Positions 53,999 to 64,000 of a DNA stretch of 64,000 bases are shown here, piece after piece; the stretch's first letter is position 1, and each line of letters starts with the position of its first letter. The position numbers and the translations under genes are program-made. The stretch spans positions 6,448,001 to 6,512,000 of the forward strand of contig CM022676.1 in assembly GCA_012295275.1 (NCBI GenBank). The letters are read 5' to 3'. Source of the DNA: Chrysomallon squamiferum (lineage: Eukaryota > Animalia > Mollusca). The notes under the pieces were generated by a model. That model was not told the DNA's origin. It was given only the letters and a program-made list of their open reading frames with translations, and ran no database searches.

Positions 53999-54513
53999 AG
54001 AACAACAAACAAATAAAGCAGACCGCCTGTCATAAAACCTATATTTTAAAACTCTTTTTTCAGTGCTGATTAAAGCCAAGTTAGTGTCTGACATGCCATA
54101 GAAGATATCAGATTTAATTTTATTAACGTCATTGAGATTTGAAAACGACCTTTCGCAATCTGTGATTAACTACGTACTGACCTGTAACATTTCATCTTAG
54201 ACTGAAGGGTGTATCTGCCTGTTTGTATGTGAGTGGATTGGTGGGTGTGCATGTATATGTCTGTATTTATGTGTGAGCTTGTTTGTGTGTGTATATGTGT
54301 GTGTGTGTGTGTCGGGGGGTGAGAGTATGTTTCTGAAAGGTAAACACTTGAAAAACTCGATCTTTATTTATTTAGGTATCTTGTTTCAGCTTTGAATGAA
54401 AATAATTTCTCATATTTCCTTTCTTCTACTTCTTCTTCTTTATTTTTTTTTTCCTTTCTTTCTTGTAAATACAGAAAAATAAAAGCGTCATGGCTACAAA
54501 ATAAAGATCTCGT

Positions 54514-54787
54514 CAGGGTTTGATTTAACATGCTTGCCGCACATCGGCTAAAGAAATTTTATCGCTCCCTCCTCAAGGCTCAAACCCCCCTCACTCTTCC
54601 CACTTGGTTTATATAACATGAACGGTTATAACTTATGATATAGCAAAAACATGGTTTTACATTTACATAATGATTTGTTTATAAATCAAGTGTGAAAATA
54701 CGAATTCATGTAACTTAATCAGCGGCCCCTATTATCCTGCCACCCTAGGCTCTAGACTACAAAGCCTGTAGGGGAAATTCGGCCCTG
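54514..54787. mobile_element. hAT-like MITE with 8-bp TSD
   Basis: CAGGGTTTGATTT ... AAATTCGGCCCTG imperfect TIRs; flanks GATCTCGT / CATCTAGT (6/8); homologous to 25228-25635. Confidence 0.6.
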
Positions 54788-54997
54788 CATCTAGTATTAC
54801 ACCTTGCTGCAGATGCTAATTATAAAGTTACTATTCAGACCACCTGCTGATTGGAAGGATGAGCATGTGAAACGAATGAAGAAGAAAATACTAACGTTTA
54901 TCAGAGGTCACGGATTTTGAGTACGGGATAATATTAGTCTAACAGGTACCACCGAACAGCAGTTAAAATAAAAAGTGGCAGGTATTTCGTACAGCTT

Positions 54998-55030
54998 TTA
55001 TTATTAGTATTATTACTATTATTATTGTTG

Positions 55031-55066
<36 letters not shown>

Positions 55067-55468
55067 TTGTTGTTGTTATTATTATTATTATTGTTGTTGT
55101 TGTTGTTGTTGTTATTATTATTATTATTATTAGTAGTAGTAGTAGTAGTAGAAGTAGAAGTAGTAGAAGTAGTAGTAGTAGTAGAAGTTGAAGTGGTAGT
55201 AGTTGTAGAAGTAGAAGTAGTAGTAGTAGTAGAAGTAAAACAACAACTATAAACCAACAATACTGAGATAATTTTGCTTTTTTAATTTCCCGAAGGATTG
55301 AATTGTCTTAAGCTATGCTTTATAGATGTCATTATTACTATTTTTATTGCTCTTGTTAACATTGTTGTTATAATTAATATTCTTTTTTGTTGTTGTTGGT
55401 GGTGGTGGTAGTGGTGGTGATTGTGGTGGTTGTAATGATGGCAGTATTATTTTTATAGTTTGCTGTTG

Positions 55469-55515
<47 letters not shown>

Positions 55516-55796
55516 TACTACTACTACTACTAATATTGTTGTTATTATTGCTAGTTATCATCATCATCAACATCATAATCATCATCATTATTATTATCAT
55601 CATTATCATTATTATTCTTTTAGTTGTTGTTATTATAATTTATTGTTGTTATCAAATTATAGGAATTTTTTTTTATAAATAATAATTAGTCGATAAAAAG
55701 GTAATAATAAAAAAAAAAAAAAAAAAAAGTACTTACTACAGATTACAAAAAAATAATATAAACAGATAAATATACAAGGCAAAACCGAAAGTTTAT

Positions 55797-55830
<34 letters not shown>

Positions 55831-55882
55831 GTGATTACAAGATAATCTAATAATGAATCATACCCGTTAGACTGAGTATTAC

Positions 55883-55918
<36 letters not shown>

Positions 55919-56385
55919 TATTATTATTATCATTAATATTATGATTATGATTATTATTATAATTATCATTATCATTATCATCGTTATTATTATCATCATT
56001 AACATTATTATCGTTATTATCATTATCATTATCAGTATTATTATTATCATTATTATTATCATTTTTATTATTGTTGTTGTACTGTTATTACTTTTTATTG
56101 TCATTATTGTTCTTATTGTTGTTATTATTATTTGTATTATTATTATAGTTATTGTTGTTGTTTTTTGTTATTGCTGTTGTTACTGTTATTATTATTATTG
56201 TAATTGTTGTTATTATTATTATTATTATTGGTATTATTATTACTATTATTATTAGTTATTATTGTTGTTGTTATTATTATTTTTATTATTATTACTATTA
56301 TTATTACTATTATTATTTGTTATTATTGTTGTTGTTATTATTATTATTATTTCTGCTTACATATAACTGCTATCATTCATCATCA
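54998..56385. repeat. Large compound trinucleotide microsatellite field (TTA, TTG, GTA, CAT) with (GATA)n
   Basis: Direct inspection; source of the many poly-L/I/Y/N artefact ORFs. Confidence 0.92.
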
Positions 56386-56867
56386 CTCTAACAGCGATTA
56401 ATGATTAAAAATAACTGTGTCAAAATTCTCTGTTAACATTAACTGCATTGTTCGTTTTCTAAAATGTTCTGAAAGGATATTGTTTTTTCCTGGATGTATT
56501 TTCAACGCTCTGTTTCGATTGGTCCACGCGTTATCTCAATGCTCTTTGCATCAGACGACACTTTCACAGCGAGTAAGTCGCGCGCAACAAAAGTTATTGA
56601 CGCTCGATTTACGTCACGTTTTTCAAAAACATAAATATATCTCTCTCTCTCTTTCTTTTTTGTTTTTTCATTTTTTTGTTTTTTTCACGTTAACTCTGGC
56701 GAAATTGTGTCCTCTATAGGGACTTTCACACCAAACTACTATACAACAAAGCCCTATCATAATAAAAAGATTGTTGGAAGCGAAAAGATTGCGAGAAGAT
56801 ATAACCGTGATTATTATTATTATTTTTTTTTTATCAGTTTACACGGGAAAAGCTTATTAATATATCG

Positions 56868-56878
56868 GCGCATGCGCA
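56868..56878. promoter_or_regulatory. NRF1-type motif in a CpG-rich island
   Basis: GCGCATGCGCA within a CpG-rich stretch (about 56.4-57.2 kb). Confidence 0.35.
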
Positions 56879-57481
56879 TTAAATCGGCTCACATCGTTAC
56901 GTATGTCTACAGAGGTGCTAGTGTCAATTGCAGTCGAACTGTCACAATTTTAAATAATTATATGTGTCTGTTGTTCGATTGGATGGATTGTAACTTGACG
57001 ACTTTTGGCGATTTTAACTTTCGTTAATTGAGTAAAATATATATATATTTTTTTAATCCGCGAGGCGTTTTTCCCCCCACTATGATAATATTATTAAGCC
57101 TTCTCTTGTCTACGGAAATTACAATAATTATAATTATAGTTCAAATGATCGTTGTTGTTTAAATATTATTATGGCGCATTATAGCCAGAATCTATTAATA
57201 TAAATTTTTGTTACGTTAATTTTAATGGGGATAACGCAACGAAAATCCCAAACAGCATCATCAAAAAAACAACAAAAACAACAATAATAATAATAGCTAT
57301 ATACTGGAGAAATATAAGGAAAGTTATGAATGAATAAAAAATAAAATTATATTTACAGTACACAACAAAATAATAAGTAGACGATAAAAATGTAATAGTA
57401 AGATAAATAAATAAATAAATAAATAAATAAATATAATATTAAAATAAAATATTACTTACTGTACATTACAAAATAATAACT

Positions 57482-57525
<44 letters not shown>

Positions 57526-57808
57526 GCTTTACCGTACATTTGAAAAAAAATATCAAATGAATGTACCCATTACATTTTTTTCTTGTCTTTTTTTAAAATT
57601 ATTATTATTTTTTTTTATTGCTAGCACAAAGGCTGGATACGCATGATATATAATCAATTTCGATTAGTCAAGATGATCGGTCAATGACCTGTATTTATGC
57701 AAAATTGTGAATAAAAAATATTTCGCCCTCCCCTATCAAGCTGAATACGTTAGTGCAACTGATTAAATATGCAAGGCTAAACTGTGAAGATTACAATCCA
57801 AAAATAAT

Positions 57809-57844
<36 letters not shown>

Positions 57845-58524
57845 AATAATAAAAACAAAGAAAAGGATTATTAGAGATTAAGAAGCGGAGCAGTGTAATG
57901 CCACATCATATTTGATATTATTTTTATTATTGTTATTGTTGTTATTATTATTATTTTTGTTAACGCGCGCGCACACACACACACATACTAATATACACAC
58001 AAATATACGTAAGTAGAGCGGTCGAATGGGTGCCACACGTATATCTCATCATGTACACACATACAGTCACACACACATACACACATACACACACACACAC
58101 GTACAGACAAAAGGTTGAGTCTCCTTCAGTTTAATGAACACGTTTTCTTTATTTAAAAAATAATAATAAATAAATAAATAAATAATTGGAGGTTGAGTTT
58201 TTTTTTTTTTTTTTTTTTTTTATCTTCTGCCTGAAGCTGTTTTAATAAAGCGGTCACTGGGGCGAAGAGAACGATGTCACTGCAGTTGTCGTATTCACCG
58301 TTTTGTTTGGTGTCCCACGGACTACTTTTTAAAAAATGTGTGCCACTTGTGTTTAACGTGACGCTTATTTTTCTCTCCTAGCACTAAGTCCAGAATACGC
58401 CATTTTTGTATTTTGACATATCTACGGAGACGGTAATTTTATTTTATTTTATTTTATTTTATTTTATTGTTTACATTTTTGAATATTAAATTTCATTTTT
58501 TTGTTTACATTTTTTAATATTAAA

Positions 58525-58564
<40 letters not shown>

Positions 58565-58659
58565 TTTTTTTTTTTTTTAAACAATTAGTAGAGTTATATT
58601 ACTGTTTCGAAATCTACAGTAAGTAACTTTTATTTTTATTTGTTAGATTTGATTTGATT

Positions 58660-59005
58660 GATTTATTTTATTTATTTGTTTGTTTGTTTGTTTGTTTGTT
58701 TGTTTATCTATTTCTTTAGTTGTTTCTTTCTTTCTTTCTTTATTTGTTTATCTATTTATTTATTTATTTAGTTGTTTCTTTCTTTCTTTGTTTATTTATT
58801 TATTTATTTATCTATTTATTTATTTATTTATTTAGTTGTTTCTTTCTTTATTTGTTTATTTGTTTATTTATTTGTTTGTTGTTTCTTTATTCGTTTATTT
58901 AATTATTTATTTAGTTGTTTCTTTGTTTATTTGTTTGTTTGTTTGTTTATTCGTTTATTTGTTTATTTATTAATTTTTATATATGTTTATTTGTTTGTTT
59001 GATTT
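58660..59005. repeat. (TTTA/TTTG)n tetranucleotide low-complexity repeat
   Basis: Direct inspection. Confidence 0.88.
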
Positions 59006-59300
59006 ATTAACGTCTATTTATTCTTTTGTTTTGTACGGTAGATAGAAATTTATTATCATATTTTATCTTCTTCAACTTTTTATTTGTTAGTTAATTCTAT
59101 ATACATTTAGATCTATTTAATTATTTCATTATGATTCCTGGTGTTTCTCTTAGTACTAAATCATGTACTTGTCCATTTAATGTTTGTTTTTTTCACATCT
59201 ACGGTAAATGTGATTTTATTTATTTAATTTTAATAAATTTATTTTTAAAAATTAAAAATTATATCTATTTGTTTTAATCTTAATTTCGATTTCATTTTAC

Positions 59301-59332
<32 letters not shown>

Positions 59333-59776
59333 ATTTTTTTTTTTACAATTTCGGTTGTTGTTAATACAATTATTTAGTTATTATTTCTTCTTGTTTTATT
59401 ATCGTTCTTACAGAGTATTAAAACTGAGAAGACAATAAATAGTTTTGTGCACAGAAAGGCACTGAACTATATTTTTATCAAGATATTAAAAAAAAATCAA
59501 AAGAAAGTGAAAACAGAACAAAAAAAAAAAAAAACAAGGAACCCGACAAAAACAGAAAGTCTCTGAACTTCATTTTATCAAAAAACAACAACAACAACAA
59601 AAAAAAAAATAAAAAAATAAATAAAACAATAAAAAAAAATAAAACAACAACAATCAAAAGGAAGTAAGAACAGAAAAACAGAAATCCGAAACAAACATTT
59701 TTATCAGGAAAAAAGCCAAAGATCTGATAGGAAAAAAAAAAGTAATATAATATAATATAATATAATACACACTGAT

Positions 59777-60556
59777 ATGTCACTTTGGTTGGACATTTTC
59801 ATTTCGGCAGGCATTCTGGGAAACTGCTCAGTTTGTTTAATGTTGTTTACAAAGTTGAAGATTCCCTCCTCATTTTACGTCATCGAACGTGCAGTTCTGG
59901 ACACCTTAGCTCTCGTCGTCTTGTATGTTTGTGTCTCGATGCAAAATTTAACATTCGACGTCTTACACATTCTCGTACTGATGTCTTCAGTGCACTCCTC
60001 TCTGTGTAACTTGGTTTCCCTGATGACTGAATTGTCGACGTTGGAATTACAAGCGAAGAAGATATTCTGTCAGTCTCGTTTTGGCGAAATTCGCGGGAAG
60101 CTCGTTCCGGCATTTTTCGCCGTCTGCGCCATTTTCCCTTGTGCTTTTATTCTGAAATCTCTTCTGAATCTGGAGTTAGAAAACATCTGGAAAATGCAAG
60201 TTTATTTATTGGAAATAATTCTCTTGTTTCTTCTGCCGCAGGCTGGAATCGTGTTTCTGTCCATTGAAATAAAAAGATTACTGAACAACAAGACGACCTT
60301 CGTGCCCGGGCGTGAGATCAATATACACACACACGAACGTTACAAACAGTTTACAGATTTTGTCATTTGTAACGCTATGGTAGCCTGCGTCACGTATCCT
60401 GTATTTGCTTCAACTCTTGCTCTGCATTTTGTCTTCCCCGACGGTCAAGAAAATCCCTTTGTTCTTCTCACAGTTTTTTCAATTGTTGTTCAGTGCGGAG
60501 CCTCGTTTTTTGTTTACTTATGTCTGGAGCTGAAATATAAAATTTATGGAATCTAA
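59777..60556 (+). CDS. Divergent intronless 7TM GPCR-like protein, 259 aa (chemoreceptor/peptide-receptor-like)
   Basis: Non-repetitive ORF with about 7 hydrophobic segments; TM1 GILGN, TM2 AVLDTL, TM5 LFLLP, TM6 CVTYP, TM7 ASFFVY; no DRY or NPxxY motif. Confidence 0.7.
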   Translation: MSLWLDIFISAGILGNCSVCLMLFTKLKIPSSFYVIERAVLDTLALVVLYVCVSMQNLTFDVLHILVLMSSVHSSLCNLVSLMTELSTLELQAKKIFCQSRFGEIRGKLVPAFFAVCAIFPCAFILKSLLNLELENIWKMQVYLLEIILLFLLPQAGIVFLSIEIKRLLNNKTTFVPGREINIHTHERYKQFTDFVICNAMVACVTYPVFASTLALHFVFPDGQENPFVLLTVFSIVVQCGASFFVYLCLELKYKIYGI

Positions 60557-61560
60557 AATAACCGAAATAAGTAAAGGTTTGTGAAGCTTTACAACAGACG
60601 AACAAACATGACTGAATGGTTTGTATGAACTGTTTTAAATTCCAAGATTATAAACAAATAAACAAGACCTCTTTCGTTCTTTGTGAATGATTTGTGAAAC
60701 GAGATAAACAACAGATATAACTCATTAACTGGATCGTTTAAATTACGTTTGAGAATCCATTGTGTGATAAACAAACAAACAAAATGTCTGTTCAGCTGAC
60801 TGGATCATGCAGTATTAATAATCTTTTTCCGTTCAAGCTAACTGAGATATTTTCAATACAAGATCTGGTTACTTATCTTAACAACACACAAGCATTGTGT
60901 ATTACATGGATAACTGATTACTGAAGATTTAATGGATATTATTTTTTGGTTATATAAAAGTGTTCAGACATTTTCGAACACTGTTACAAACTGGATATTT
61001 TTTTTTTTTTTTAGAACAAATGCGACACTTCAAATAAATGCACAAACAATGATTTTAGACAACCAAAATCATTCTGAAAAAAGATAATGTAATCAGTTTA
61101 ATATTGTTAATTGCTAAGCAGTAAATGAAGCAGCAAACACCAACAACAAACTTTGTCCGAAATGTTCTGAGCATGTATTATTATACAGACAAATAAATTT
61201 GTAAGGTAAAAAACGGAACAGTTAACTTTGAAGAAAAATCCAATATTTTGATAAAATTATTTATAGAAGATACGAATAAATTCATAACGGTTTAGAGTTA
61301 GAAAATGCAAAAACATGCAGAGAGTTCATTTATTTTTCTATATTATGTTTTCCATTATGTATTTTTCTTAACAAAATAGACGCCTTGTTTTAATATGACA
61401 GCTATTAACCTACTAGGAATACGTAGAAAATACTTTAAAAAAAAAAATTTATATATTTTTTTTTATACTGATGACTTGTAGACTTGTGTATTTTAACACC
61501 TTAATTTACTTTTATATTTGCATTTATTAGTTGTACTACGTTTAATATTCTATACTCTGT

Positions 61561-61619
<59 letters not shown>

Positions 61620-61964
61620 TCAGAGGAGAAGAAAAATAAATATTAATAAACAAAAATATTTGCATGGATTTCATTTGCTTTGTGGAACTAGATTATATAT
61701 CTTATTTTTATGGATCATTAAAAATTATTTTTGTTCAGAAATTAACACACTGACACTAATATTTTGTCCTTCGAAAACGAACAAAAAATTCTAGACGTTA
61801 ATTTCTTCGACTTCGTTCCGATTCAGTTCAAACGCTTTTTTGACGTGATAAATTACACCAAAATTACACAGTCGCTGTTAAAATACGTTTTTCAGCGTCA
61901 GACATCAGTTTGAACCTGGACCCTTTATTAGTGTACATAAAGCCGCAATCCCAAGGTCAGACAA

Positions 61965-62014
61965 TCTGCGACGGACACGCCCGCTGACCTGTCAGAAAGC
62001 GTGCCCGTCGCAGA
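61965..62014 (-). other. GC-rich inverted repeat / hairpin
   Basis: TCTGCGACGGACACGC ... GCGTGCCCGTCGCAGA (15/16 complementary) enclosing CTGAC-CT-GTCAG. Confidence 0.75.
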
Positions 62015-62196
62015 CGTGCTTCACAACAGCTTGCTCTGATTAGCACGTTAATTTTTTTCCATTCCATTCCATTCCAGGTCAGACAACACAGTCTGATCAC
62101 TGAGTGAAACCGAACCAGATTTATTTATATTTTTAGTATCACTGAGTGTGTTAATTTTATCGATATTCACGATGAACTCTTAGTAGTGTCTGCATG

Positions 62197-62276
<80 letters not shown>

Positions 62277-63050
62277 CAATAGTTAGACCGTCCGCCCATC
62301 TTTATATATATATTTTTTTTTAATGTGTTCTCGCTTTGTCTGTATTTGTTTCAGAACGATTGAATGTCGAGTTATGCAAGAAACTAAATAAGCTGAATAT
62401 GCACAGTCAATGAAAAAAAAAAAAAAAATTGTCACGTTGAGAAAATTGACAGCTTGTGCCATTTCGAGTACAACGACCTGCACATTCAGACTTTAGCTGT
62501 TACCTTGAAAGATGATTCTGAAATAGAAAGGCGTGTTTTTATGTTGGTTTTTCTTTTCTTCTTTTTATAAAAATGTTTATCTTAGAACTTTTATTATCAA
62601 AATATAAAAACATGCGCCTCAGAATGGGTAAATATGATTTTTTTTTTGTTCAGAGTTTGAAAACTCGTGTTTGTAAAGAAACAACAAGCTTGCTGTTCGT
62701 TGAACTGGAAGGAGAGAGAATCTGTTTAAATTATTTCTTCAAATCTGGGAAGGTACGTTTAAACAAACAATAGGATTACTGTCTTGTAAACATTTCGTGA
62801 CGACAGAATTATCGGCCTTTGAATAACAAACAAAGAAGACATATATACATACATACATACATAGACGTGCATGCATACATACATTAATTAATTATTTTAT
62901 TATTATTATAATTGCATTATGTATGTATATGGGTTTTTGTGTGTATATGTGTTGCTGAATCACAAGAAGTGTCACATCTGATCTCCAAAAATCTGCGCAT
63001 ACATCACGAATACGTCATGTTTCGTAGATTACCTCGTTTACTAAACAACC

Positions 63051-63088
<38 letters not shown>

Positions 63089-63123
63089 TTTAAATCTGAG
63101 AACTTTTAAATTTGGCTGCATTC

Positions 63124-63206
<83 letters not shown>

Positions 63207-63336
63207 GCACACACACACACACATACGTACATGCGTATATTACATTTACATTTACTATCAGAAAGAAAATAAAAGAAATATTACTTACTGTAGATCACTA
63301 AATAATTATACAAAAACACCAGAAGAAAAAGAAAAC

Positions 63337-63433
<97 letters not shown>

Positions 63434-63699
63434 TCGTACTAAATATGACATGTAAATTAAGGTCTCGATTTTAGATATGAATGCAACATGGTGCGCTCAA
63501 CCATTTCTAATGTTCACGCAAACGCTATTAAGACAACGCAATGAATACTCACAGAATCAACACACACCGTGCTGTTAAAAATAAATGAACCTGCCTCATC
63601 AGAACGCTGGGTGTGGCCCGGACACGGTCAGGGATCAGAATAAATACCGATTACGTTCACAGCGATTTTTCTGTTTGTTGACGTAAAACAGCATTCATT

Positions 63700-64000
63700 C
63701 ATTTCATTCTCTGTCTCTTTCTCTTTCTGTCTCATTCTCTCTCTCTCTCTTCCTCTCTCATTGTCTCTTTCTGTTTCATTCTCTCTATTTCTGTCTCATT
63801 CTCTCTTTCTCTGTCTCATTCTCTCTCCCTTCCTTTCTCATTCTCTATTTCTCTGTCTCATTCTCCCTTCCTTTCTCATTCTCTATTTCTCTGTCTCATT
63901 CTCTCTTTCTCTGTCTCATTCTCTCTTTCTCTGTCTCATTCTCTATTTCTCTGTCTCATTCTCTATTTCTCTCTCAGACTATCTCTCTCTCTCTCTCTCT
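63700..64000. repeat. 20-bp pyrimidine-rich tandem repeat
   Basis: Recurring ctcattctct(c/a)tttctctgt. Confidence 0.9.

Noticed and set aside
56417-57027. 100- and 106-aa + strand ORFs in a CpG-rich island
   Set aside because: No domain similarity and they include low-complexity tracts; better explained as promoter or 5'UTR sequence.

Overview
Eukaryotic (metazoan, probably lophotrochozoan/molluscan - inference from composition and GPCR style) AT-rich, microsatellite-dense genomic DNA. Nearly all ORFs in the supplied track are microsatellite or repeat artefacts. The one well-supported gene is a complete 12-coding-exon coatomer subunit delta (ARCN1/delta-COP) gene on the + strand (ATG 33144, stop 42565; 1521 nt, 506 aa after manual splicing, all introns GT-AG). 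Its promoter has a TGACGTGGC (CREB3/XBP1-type) site and sits back-to-back with a CpG-rich promoter of an unidentified minus-strand transcription unit whose 5' introns appear to fill 1-31.8 kb. That region carries several RFX X-boxes and a series of candidate short alternative first exons. Downstream are two intronless 7TM GPCR-like genes: one with two homopolymer +1 frameshifts (52219-53351) and one intact but highly divergent (59777-60556). Also present are small non-autonomous DNA transposons (two Tigger/pogo-like, two hAT-like with 8-bp TSDs, one palindromic MITE with an adjacent empty site), several minisatellites, an intronic repeat derived from an ARCN1 exon fragment, and a GC-rich hairpin at about 62 kb. 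No prokaryotic-type system (CRISPR, operon, phage) is present, and I cannot demonstrate a new biological system from sequence alone; the best leads are listed as findings.
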